42,705 nt of DNA, from NCBI GenBank assembly GCA_001275005.1, contig JWZX01002967.1:1-42705 (forward strand), written 5' to 3'. The notes below the pieces were generated by a model. The model searched no databases and was not told where the DNA came from. It saw only the letters and a program-made list of their open reading frames with translations. Source of the DNA: Chrysochromulina tobinii. Taxonomy: Eukaryota. The translations under genes and the position numbers were made by a program. The number at the start of each line of letters is the position of its first letter. The stretch's first letter is position 1. Positions 9,396 to 19,018 of this stretch are shown one piece after another.

Positions 9396-10754
9396 ATGAG
9401 AACCCAGAAAATGACCGTGACGACCCTGCTCGGGCCTGTGTGCTGCTGCTCTTCACGTTCAGCCGCCTCCTTCGGTCTTGGCCTCGTCTGTGGCTGGTGG
9501 GTGCTGCACGGTGTCTGGACCACGCCAGACGCATTGAACTCCGGTCTGATTCCATCGATGCCCAGTCCTGCTCCTCCTCGTGCGACAATGGTGCTAGGAG
9601 TGTTGAGCACAGAGCACCTGAAGGACCGTCGCCAGCGGCTACGCGTCCTCTACCGAGGCGCGCACGAGCTCGGCGTGGATGTTCGATACGTGCTCAGTGC
9701 CGAATGGTTGGCTGAGTGCGGATCGCAGAGTGCAAGCGAATGGTGCACAGAGAGTCATGCACACGGAGCTCTGGAGGCCGATGAGGTGGCCGTGCCAACG
9801 GCCCAGCCGCGTTGGACGCGCAATCGCGGGCCATGGGAGCAGCTCTGTTCAAGGGAGCGCATCATGGCTTTCAAAACGGTGGGCTGGTTCGTACATGCCC
9901 AGCGCTGGCAGGCTAAGTGGTATGGGGTCACAGATGATGACGCGCTCATCGATCTGCCTCCCTTGCTGCTGCTGTTAGACGCTGCACCGTTGGGTCCATC
10001 ATGGGCGGGGGTTGCAAACTACTACTATCTGAACGCGACCTCGCTAGAGGCTGCCCGGCAGAACAAGACCCGCAAGCCGGCGTGGCTACCTCGCCTTCAG
10101 TGCCACGCCGTTGGTATAGCTGGCGCTCTCAACCTGGGGCGTCGGCATGGCTGCGAGGGCTATGGGCCCTACCCATTCATGCTAGGCTCACTGAACCTCA
10201 TGTCGCGCGAGCTGCATGCGTGGGCCATCAACCCCTTGCAAGCCCTCCTCCACCGTCTCGAGGCGGTCTCCTGCCCGCCGGGCGGTGATGCCGTTCCAGG
10301 CTTTATCATCGCGCAGCACCCCGTGGTAAACCTGATCAACTTGGACGGCGCTTTGGGACGCTTTGATGTTGACTGGAGCGGCGGTCGATGGAGGGGCTCG
10401 CCGTCACTGCTTGCTCACCGGGTAAGGACACAAGAAACCTTCCAGCTCGTACGCCGCGACTTCAACGCCACACGAAACGCCCACGGAACGCAAGGTGGGT
10501 TCGCACGCTATTGCGCGACGCGCCCTCCTGGCGGAAGCCAGCGGCGATGGCATCGCGAAGCGCAGAGACGCTTCTGTCGTGCGGCGGCCCTCAGCCTGCC
10601 GTGCGAGCGCTGGGCGACGCAAGATCGCAGCGTGCTTATGCTCCCGTGCTGCCATGGGTGGCGCGTCTGCTCGACGCCTCCCCCGTTATCAAACCCGACA
10701 CGTTTCGTTGGTATGGATAACAGCAGTTCCAGTAGTTACACACGCGCGCAGTGA
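9396..10754 (+). CDS. GT31-like (beta-1,3-galactosyltransferase-type) glycosyltransferase, type II membrane protein
   Basis: TM segment FGLGLVCGWWVL, then LGVLST...RRQRLR, FKTVGWF, WYGVTDDDALI (DxD motif) and YPFMLGSLNLMSREL, in GT31 order. Start at ATG 9396 or 9411. Confidence 0.7.
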   Translation: MRTQKMTVTTLLGPVCCCSSRSAASFGLGLVCGWWVLHGVWTTPDALNSGLIPSMPSPAPPRATMVLGVLSTEHLKDRRQRLRVLYRGAHELGVDVRYVLSAEWLAECGSQSASEWCTESHAHGALEADEVAVPTAQPRWTRNRGPWEQLCSRERIMAFKTVGWFVHAQRWQAKWYGVTDDDALIDLPPLLLLLDAAPLGPSWAGVANYYYLNATSLEAARQNKTRKPAWLPRLQCHAVGIAGALNLGRRHGCEGYGPYPFMLGSLNLMSRELHAWAINPLQALLHRLEAVSCPPGGDAVPGFIIAQHPVVNLINLDGALGRFDVDWSGGRWRGSPSLLAHRVRTQETFQLVRRDFNATRNAHGTQGGFARYCATRPPGGSQRRWHREAQRRFCRAAALSLPCERWATQDRSVLMLPCCHGWRVCSTPPPLSNPTRFVGMDNSSSSSYTRAQ

Positions 10755-11251
10755 GAATGTGCGCATCGCTGCATGCACGTGATTCACATTGACATTCGGT
10801 GCTCGATGGCGGAAGGCCGGTCTAGTTAGTAGATTTCCGTCACCCGCGAAGCGCGCGGGCGCGGGCATAACGTAATGCGATTTAATAGCCGCCCGTAACG
10901 CCCGCTAACGTAAGGGCGGTACGCGGAGCTTTTGCTTCCAGCTTTGTACGCTGCCTGCCGGCAATCTATGTCTCGCCGCCGCCGGCTCGTCGCTCGACTA
11001 CGAGTCTATTTCACATGCTATTTCATCGAGATCTGGGCGGCGCGATAGCGCTCACGTCACGACGAGGCGAGGAGCCTGTCCTAGCTTGGAGCCTGTCCAA
11101 GACATTCGAACGGAGGTTCTCGGTAGTCCGGGTCCGTTCGGAGCACGGACAGGGGGATTGCCTACCGCTGTACACCCCGCCCGCGCGATTTCGCGCAAAA
11201 ACTTTTCCGCGACCAGTTCAACCGTTATAGTTTATCTAACGTAAAAGCAGA

Positions 11252-14200
11252 TCATTCAGACGCTCGGGCGGCGGCGCTTCGCCGCCGCTTCCCCTCCGGC
11301 AACGAGTCCGCAAGGGGCATGCCAGTGTGCCAATCGATGACGATTGCCTGCCGCTGCCGGCGCTCGAGGTCGGCCGCGGCGCGCTCGGCCTCGAAGCGCG
11401 CCTCCTCCTCCGCGGCCGCGCGCGCCGCCTCGCGCGCGCGCGCGGCCACGCGCACCGCCTCAGCTTCCTCCAGTGTGAAAAGCGGCCCACCGCGCTCGTC
11501 CCAACCGCCATGGCTCAAGTGGACAGCGCAGAGTAAGCCCTTGAGCGACGTCAGTCGCGAGCGATCGAAGCGAAGGCCGAGCGTGAGGGAGCCGTCGACG
11601 TCGGCATGGTCGCCAGCTTCGGCGAGCGGCTGGAGCCAGTGGACGTGGACGCTGCTCTTGATGAGGCCTCCCGTACTTGAGTCGGCAAAGAGGCCTTCTT
11701 CGACCATGGCGAGCCGTACGCCGCACAGGGCAAACCGCGCACTGAGCGGCTGCGAGCGGTCGGCGTCGTCGGCCGCGTCACCGCGCGGCCGCGCGCCCAC
11801 AAACGCCACGTGCGAATGCCGAGGATGCATCAGGGTGTGCGTGGCGGTGCTCGCAGCAGCGGCACCACGGCACGGGCGCACACGCCGCCGCGGCTTCTGT
11901 GCCTCAAAGTCACCATCGTCGTACTGCACGTCCACATCACCGTTGGTCCACAGCTGTGTGATGGTACCTGGCCACCATTCCTCGTCGTCGGCGGTGCCGT
12001 ACTGAGCCTCGACGCGTGCACCGACGAAGAGCTCGCGACCGCCGCCACCGCCGCGCCGCCGCTCGCCGCCGCTGACTGCCGCGCTGCCCGTACCGTCGCC
12101 CTCGTCGTCGTCGCCCTCGTCGTCGCCGCCCTCGCTGCCGTCGGCATTGCCGTCGCCGTCCTCGTCGCCGGCCGTGCAAGCGACGGCACCCGAGGATGAA
12201 ATGCCAATTACACCCGAGGACGGAATGCCGAGCAGCGTAGCCGACGCGAGCGGGTGCGATGGTGGCAGTCCGAGCTGACCTCCACCGCCGCCGGAGCTCG
12301 CGGCCGTCTGCCGACCGAATAGGGCTGCCATCGCTATGCGCACCCATTCGGGCGTTGTGATAGGCGATGTGTCGGGGATGGTGTCGGGGGTTGCGTCGGT
12401 CGTCGGGGCGTCCGCGTCGGCCGTAACAGCTGGCGCATTCCTCGCTCCCGCGCCCGCCGCTGTGCCGTGACGGAGACGGCTCGGGGCCAGAAGCACAGGG
12501 AACGGGCAGCCGTCCCATACCACACGTGCCGCCTCTGGCAGCGCCGCGTAGAGCGCATCTCGTACGAGACGGTTATGACGCATCATGAGGCGCCGCTTGA
12601 CCGCGCGCTTGAGGGCACGCTTGCCGGCCGCTGAGAGCGGCACGCCGAGAGGGCGCGCGGCCTGCTGCCGCTGCTGCCGGCGTGAACGCAGCCGCCGCCG
12701 GCGGCGCTCCGGTTCACTCGAGCCCACTCGTGGAGGCGCCACAGGAAGGACCTCACTCAGCTTAATGAGTGCGCGCGCATGCTTCTCGAAGAGCTTCAGG
12801 TCCTCAGCCGCGTCGTCCTTGAAACCACGACGGCTGTTGGCCGCATGCCAGCTGGCGGAGACGGCAAGGTCGACGATGGTGCCTGCGAGCGCCGCGGGCA
12901 GACGGCGTGCGAGCGCAGCGGCGTGGAGCTCGAAGGCCCGCCTCGCGTTCTCAGCAGCATCGGCCTGGCCAAGGCGCTCGTGTGACGCCCGTGCGGCCGC
13001 CTCAGAGCACAGCCGATGGCACACATCCACAAGCTCGTCCGGCAGCGCCGCGAGCAGCTTGGCCCGGTGCTCCTCCACTGATGTGAGCGCCCGCCGTGCG
13101 TCCACACGCAGCCCAGAGAGTTCATTGGCCATCTGCCAGGCTGAATTCCAGGAGAGCCACTTGAGAGCCTCGGCGAGCGGCGCGGTCGGCAAGGGCGTGC
13201 CGCGCCAGAGCGGCGGCCACGTGTCATCGAGGCGCCCGAGGCAGCGCTCCGCGTCCTCGAGGGCGGTGAAGGAGGACGCTGCTACTGAGGACGCCGCCGA
13301 GCCTGCCCCATCACCGCCCTGCGTCGCGGCGGCTGCCGCGTGCTCCGTCGCCGCTGCAGCGAGCTCAACGAGGGTCGTCACCAGCGCCGCAGGCAGCCGA
13401 TGTGCGAGGGTCGCCGCGTGCGCGTCGAAAACTCGTTTCGCCTTGACGATGGCGGCGGGGGCCTGGTCGGCGTCAGGAGAAGGCCCGCGACGCTCGTTGG
13501 AGGCGGTTGCTGTCGCCATCCGCTTCGCCGCCGTCTCCCAGCATAGCCCCACACACGCCTCGACGATCTTCTCCGCCAGCAGAGTGCCGAGCGTCGTCGT
13601 CGCAGCGAACAACGCCTTTCTAGCGGCCTTTGCCCCCTCCATGTTCGCGGCGCGCTCGTGGGCAAAGTGCCACGCGGTGCTCCATGCGATTGCGCGCAGG
13701 CACGGCGCGATCACCGGCGACGTGACCGGTGCCGCCACCATCTTGCAGATACACGACGGACAGAGCCAATCGCCCTGCGGCACCGCATCGAGCGCAGGCA
13801 CGAGGCACGTGGTGTGATATGCGCGCTCGCAGCCCGCGCCATCGCAGAGGAGCATCTCGTTGCCCTCAGCCCACCACGTCTGTGCACACACTTGGCAGGC
13901 CGAGTCCTCATCCTCGTTCGCCGACCGAGCGCACGTAGGGCACAGCCACTCGCCTTCGGGCACCGCATCCAGCGCTGGCCTCAGGCATTTGGTGTGAAAC
14001 GCGCGCTCGCAGCCCGGCCCGTCACAAAGGAGCATCCAGTTGCCCTCGACCCACCAGCCCTCTCCGCATGTGGTGCAGATCGCGTCCTCGCCCTCCTCGG
14101 CATCGGGCGTGCTTGCACGTAGCATGTCTTCGTCGGTATCGTCACCTTTTTTGCCCCTGGGATTCATTACCTTTGAGGAGCCGCCGCCGCCACCGCCTGC

Positions 14201-14281
14201 CGTGCGCTTGGACGCACCGGACTCATTCGGCTCCTTGGGTACCTTGCACGCCTTTGACTTTTTGCCCCTGGGCGCACTCAT
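11252..14281 (-). CDS. Chromatin-reader protein: two PHD fingers, central helical repeats, Tudor-like domain
   Basis: Two C4HC3 PHD fingers (CTTC...LLCDGPGCERAFHTKCL...WLCPTC; CQVC...LLCDGAGCERAYHTTCL...WLCPSC). Tudor-like VGARVEAQY...WWPGTI...DVQYDDGDFE. Likely ATG at 14281; in-frame introns cannot be excluded. Confidence 0.85.
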   Translation of the reverse strand: MSAPRGKKSKACKVPKEPNESGASKRTAGGGGGGSSKVMNPRGKKGDDTDEDMLRASTPDAEEGEDAICTTCGEGWWVEGNWMLLCDGPGCERAFHTKCLRPALDAVPEGEWLCPTCARSANEDEDSACQVCAQTWWAEGNEMLLCDGAGCERAYHTTCLVPALDAVPQGDWLCPSCICKMVAAPVTSPVIAPCLRAIAWSTAWHFAHERAANMEGAKAARKALFAATTTLGTLLAEKIVEACVGLCWETAAKRMATATASNERRGPSPDADQAPAAIVKAKRVFDAHAATLAHRLPAALVTTLVELAAAATEHAAAAATQGGDGAGSAASSVAASSFTALEDAERCLGRLDDTWPPLWRGTPLPTAPLAEALKWLSWNSAWQMANELSGLRVDARRALTSVEEHRAKLLAALPDELVDVCHRLCSEAAARASHERLGQADAAENARRAFELHAAALARRLPAALAGTIVDLAVSASWHAANSRRGFKDDAAEDLKLFEKHARALIKLSEVLPVAPPRVGSSEPERRRRRLRSRRQQRQQAARPLGVPLSAAGKRALKRAVKRRLMMRHNRLVRDALYAALPEAARVVWDGCPFPVLLAPSRLRHGTAAGAGARNAPAVTADADAPTTDATPDTIPDTSPITTPEWVRIAMAALFGRQTAASSGGGGGQLGLPPSHPLASATLLGIPSSGVIGISSSGAVACTAGDEDGDGNADGSEGGDDEGDDDEGDGTGSAAVSGGERRRGGGGGRELFVGARVEAQYGTADDEEWWPGTITQLWTNGDVDVQYDDGDFEAQKPRRRVRPCRGAAAASTATHTLMHPRHSHVAFVGARPRGDAADDADRSQPLSARFALCGVRLAMVEEGLFADSSTGGLIKSSVHVHWLQPLAEAGDHADVDGSLTLGLRFDRSRLTSLKGLLCAVHLSHGGWDERGGPLFTLEEAEAVRVAARAREAARAAAEEEARFEAERAAADLERRQRQAIVIDWHTGMPLADSLPEGKRRRSAAARASE

Positions 14282-14773
14282 TGTCGACACAGTGTGCCGT
14301 AAAGAGCACACACGCGGCGGATGAAGTCGCGTCTGTCATTCATTCCACAACACAATCACGCCCTGTCATCGACCCTGTCACGCACCTACCGGGTAGAATT
14401 CCTCCAAACTCTAAAGAGTGAAGGGCAACACCTCGCAAGTGTTACATGTAACGTTCACGCGACACGCAGCGCTTTTAACAGTCAATGGTTGTAATTCTAG
14501 TAATTCGACACCCAAGACATTTAACACGACTACACAGCGACTGAGGGACTGTGGGACTGAAACTAACATAGCGAGGATAACACGACAACAGTCGGAAATG
14601 ACATTACCAAATGAAGAGTAACTGTAAAGTAGTATCCACGTATCGATCCGCACAGTGTAGATCCGCTGCACGGGATCGGGCATGGGGATCGGGACTACAT
14701 TGTTCATAGTAACTCCAGCAAATTGTCAACCGACAGACCGGAGACTGAGGCAGAACGCGACGGTCAGAATCGC

Positions 14774-16292
14774 TCACTGGAGCTGGAAGTCTAACACAAC
14801 GTTCGCCGGTGTGCACAGATCTGGGAGGGCGCAGATGAAGCCGCGAGAGACGTTGAACACGAAATCGCCGATGGTGAGCAGCACGAAGAGCAGCACGAGA
14901 GTCACCTGCCCGGCACCCTGCTCCTTGAGATTGGCCCAGATGGTGGAAGCACGCTCGAGGGGCGGAGGCGGCGGCAGGGCCGCGCGGCGGCGCAGCTGGT
15001 TGACGCGCTCTCCTTGGAACGCGTCCACGGAGGCCCATTTGAAGAAAGTTGTGTTCCCGCCGCTGCGTTCTGCACCGCCTTCAGTGCACATGGTCACAGA
15101 GCCCAGTCTGGGCTTGGGAGTCGTGTTGGGCGTCGTGTTGGGCATGGAGGGTTGCGGCTGCGAGACGCTCGGAAGCTTGAGCGGGTACGACTTGTACCTG
15201 CTCCCGTCCGCCTTGGTCGCTGAGCGCACCTCGTGCTCGAGCTCGAGCAGCGGCCCCGCCGCGAGGTCCTGAGGCATTCAGAGGTCATCAGAGGCCATCA
15301 GAGGTCATCGGAGGTCATCAGAGGTCATCAGAGGCCATCCGAGGTCATCGGAGGTCATCGGAGGCCATCACAGCCGGTGCTGGCGGAGCATGGGTCACCT
15401 CCGGGTCGACGACCGTTAATATTCGGAACATGCACTGCTCCAAAGCTTCTTCGAGGGTGAGCGCGCGCCGCTTGAAGCGGTGGTTGACGTAGCACACGCC
15501 GAGCGCCTCCGCCTTGGCGTACGCCTCGCGCAGGTCGGCGAGGTAGAGAGAGAGGTGCGCGCCATGGTTGACAGGCTTCCCGTTCTCGTCACTTCCAAGC
15601 TCCGCGTGGGACATGCTCTCACGCGCGCCGCACGCAAACGTGAGCGTCTGCCGGGGTGCGCCGTCCGCTCGCGTGTCGCCAGCCGCCAGCACGAGGCGCT
15701 CCGCGTCGCAGGAGAGCGCCGGCATGCCGAGCACATACTCGTAGAAGCGCGCGACGCCCGCGAGGGGCGTGCCCATGGGCACGCGCACCGTCAAATCCAG
15801 CAGCGCACGCGCGTCCGAAGACTCGGCGCCCGGCTGCGCGCCCCGCGGATCGGCTGCCTCCTCAAGCTGCACCAGGTGGAAGCGCGTGCCCCACGGGTCT
15901 ATGAGCGAGAGCTTGCCCTCGTCGGCCGCCATGCTCGCAAACTTGGACTCTGCCAGCACTGGCGGAGGCGACGCAAGCCGGGCACGCACCCCTTCGAGCG
16001 AATCGTACCCGAGCGTGACGACACCGTCGAAGACTTGCGCGTGAGGCTTGCCAGCGGGCAGATGGAACTGGTGCGCGCCCGCATTCGCCCAGAGCGTTCC
16101 CTTGCCAGCCTCAAGGTTCTCAACCTTCCGAGGGTCGAGCGTGCAGCCCAAGATGTCCACGTAGAATGCAGTGAGAAGATCGTGCCGACCTTGCTCGTGG
16201 TTGATGTTGAGGTGGTCGATGAGATGCACGTTGCTAGTTCGTCTGAGCGCAAAGCTCGTGATCGCCAGGACAACCAACAAAGAACCGGCCAT
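14774..16292 (-). CDS. Glyoxalase/VOC-superfamily-like protein; exons 16292..15399 and 15268..14774
   Basis: IDHLNINH...FYVDILG, LWANAGAHQFHLP, LIDPWGTRF, RFYEYVLG and GAHLSLYL give paired VOC-like modules. A phase-0 GT-AG intron at 15269..15398 joins VVDPE|DLAAGPLLELEHEVRS. N-terminus is signal-like, with a hydrophobic segment near the C-terminus. Confidence 0.7.
15279..15370. repeat. 10-bp intronic satellite, consensus cagaggtcat, about 9 copies
   Basis: cagaggtcat / cagaggccat / cggaggtcat units fill most of the 130-bp intron. Confidence 0.95.
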
Positions 16293-16574
16293 CGTCCGAG
16301 GCCGCGTGGCGTTCTGTGCGCGCTGGCCCGGTTCGCAAGGGTTCGGCTACACGGCAAAAAGAACGTGGGCCGTCGCGGCGAGACGTGCTCCGGGTGCGGC
16401 GGTCACGCACGAGAAGTTTGCGGATTGAAGAGGCAGATGAGAGAGCGTTGACACGTGTACTGAGCTGAACTTCTCAACATGATTGGAAACTATCCACCAT
16501 TACAGCGCGCTCGGAAGGTGAAGAAGTACTGCACAGTACAGCTGAGAACCTCGTTGCCTCCGGTGCCACCACGA

Positions 16575-18079
16575 ATGGCGACCAATCAGCCGACGAATAC
16601 CGTGCAACCTGAGGGCAGCCTGAGACCCAGTATTGAAACCGAACCAGCCAGAGCCAGCAGCTCCAAGAAAAGTTTCACAGTGCCCGGCGGGTACCTCAAG
16701 GGCGTCTACGACGGTGTGCTGCTCTCGACCGACCTAGAGCCGGACGATGCGGTTGCCATCAAGCTGCTCGCACCGGAGCTGCGCGGCGTGCCCATGCTCG
16801 TCGTCGTCGGTCAGGGCCCTAGCGACAAGACACAGCTCGCTGTGCAGATGCTGGCTGCATACGACATCGGGAGCTCGGCTCGGGTCGTGCAGGGGCAGAC
16901 GTCGGAGGTGCCGTTCCCGACCCAAATGATCGACCTCTATGCCTCCGCCTCCTCCTCCTCTGCTATCCTGAAACCCGAGATAGTCGCCGGCGGCGACGCG
17001 GCCGCGCTGACGGCCGACTTTTTGGCGAGGTGCAGCGCACCCTTCGCGCTGCTGCTGAAGCCACCGCATGAGATGGCCAACCTCGACACGACAATACTCG
17101 GCAAGACCACGGCTGCCGTGTACGGCTCGTTCAACCTGGCCACCTTCCGCGCGGCGCTCCCCGCCAGCCTGAGTGAAGAGGAGAAACTCTTGCGCCAGGA
17201 GGCGCTGCTACACAGTTTCAAGTTGGCCCTGTGGGTCGAACGCTCTCTTTCCGTCGGCCGCGACAGCGTGCTCGAATCCGAAAAGTTCGACGGCGGCGGC
17301 AAGAAACTCTGGGATTGCCTCCTCGCGGACAAGGAGCTCGTGGGCATGATCGGCGCGTGGAACGCTCAGACACTCAAAACCTTCGCCCCCAAGGTCTCCA
17401 AGGGGATGAACGAGATCAAGGCCATCTGCGACAAGTCCACTGTAGGACCCGATGCGACGAGTCCACTGTGGCCAGAATTACTTGTCTTGCTCGAAGGAAT
17501 CGATAAGAAGGTTCAGGTGATGAAGTCGATCACCAAGTGCAAGGGAAGCCAGGTGTGTGCCGCGCTATCCCCGCCGCAGGCCCGCGCGATATGCCGCCCC
17601 CGGGTGACATGCCGGCCATGGCCACGTTTCCTTGCACATTCCTTGCCTCTCTCATTCCCTCGTGCCCTTGCCTCGGACCCATTCGCCTCGGGGGTGTGCA
17701 GGTCTGCCATGCCGATACGCTCGTGGCCGCTCTGCTGCTCGACGATAAGGATGCTCTCTTGCCGTACACGAAAAAGTGCCGTGCGAGCCACGATGCGCAG
17801 CTCAAGCCCAAACCGGTCCTCGACGGGTGCGAAGATAGCCGTTTGGCGGTGCTTATGGCTCCAGAGGCGCAAAGGGACGATCTCGAGGCCGCGTCCATTG
17901 GCGTCCTCGCCGCTTGTACCGCTTGCCAGATGTCGCCAGATAGTCCTCGCACGCCCATCTCGCGCGTCGCATCGAACAAGGGGACGTCCGGGCGCGACCT
18001 GCTCCGCGACTCACTGAAACCGTCTCGAGCGGCCAGTGCAGCGGTCTCTGCAACTTCAGATGAGGAAGCCCTCAATTGA
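16575..18079 (+). CDS. Hypothetical protein, possibly nucleoside-hydrolase (IU-NH)-like; exons 16575..17552 and 17702..18079
   Basis: A phase-0 GT-AG intron at 17553..17701 joins KGSQ|VCHADTLVAALL. LLSTDLEPDDAVAIKLL resembles the IU-NH DxDxxxDD motif, and HADTLVAA resembles the C-terminal HD/xD motif. The family call is tentative. Confidence 0.55.
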
Positions 18080-19018
18080 AACCATGGGGACGGTGGATTG
18101 CCAGCAGGGAATGGAGGGCTGGTACGACGCAGCGGTATGTGGGCTTGTCCGGGAAGTTGTGGGGGTGTACAGCGTATCATCTATCATGTGTGTCCCTGAG
18201 ATTGGGATCCGCCCCCTTGACCCAAGGGGGAGTGGTCTACTATTTTTCATGTTCGTCCATACGCCGCGGCCCGGCGCGCCCGCCCAACCGCCGTACCAAT
18301 TGGATGCGCCGTACACCTGTTTGGGAACTCAATGCCCTGTGCGACCGAGGGGTTCTCCCGCGGAGTGCGGACGAGCGTCACCATCATCCTGTTACCGCTG
18401 TTAGCTGTTTGCAGTTTGGTTCTTCTGTCCCCTTGTGCGAGCGCGCCCGTCTTTCGCCCGTCTCACCTTGCAGCTTGCTGGTCCTTGCTGGAGGTCGGAT
18501 CTGGTGCAAAGTCGAATTCCGCATTACCATTAGCCATTACGCTTTACGGGCGCCCCGGATGAGCTGATTAGGCATCCTTGTTCTCCGAGGCATCAGCAAC
18601 AGGGAACAGGGGAACAGCATGCCCATGCGCTAACGATCGACACGTCCTGGTCGACGTCCTGGCGAATCTCCCCTGGAACTATCTCCCCGCTCGCAGTCCC
18701 AGGTCCATCCGTGTCTTTTTACTTTTAACCGGGCCCTTCGCGCTCCCGTGCTCCGTCAGGAACGCTTTTAGCCTTTTAGCTTTTACCAACCTAGATCCTA
18801 GTACTTGACTCTCCCGGCGTCCCGCCCCTCTGTGACTGTGTCGGAGATGCAGTGTCGGTCCACCCTGGTGTGTTCGTGTTTGTCTGCGCCCTCCACGTTG
18901 TGTCTCCACGAGACCTGTGGTCGTACTTGGCGATATGGCAACTTAACGTGAACGTGAACAGTACGGACCCCGGAATTCGTCAGAGGACTCAGTGGAGGGC
19001 AGACGGCTAAGGCGGATC

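Noticed and set aside
12585..13817. Long antisense or overlapping ORFs (e.g. 12585..13817+, 15480..16451+, 19083..20276-, 34188..35405-, 40263..41201+, 41386..42153-)
   Set aside because: These are shadow ORFs expected in high-GC coding DNA. They have no motifs and lie opposite well-supported genes.
18679..18909. Lys/Arg-rich small minus-strand ORF as a mobile-element remnant
   Set aside because: Non-ATG start, 76 aa, and no transposase or reverse-transcriptase motif.
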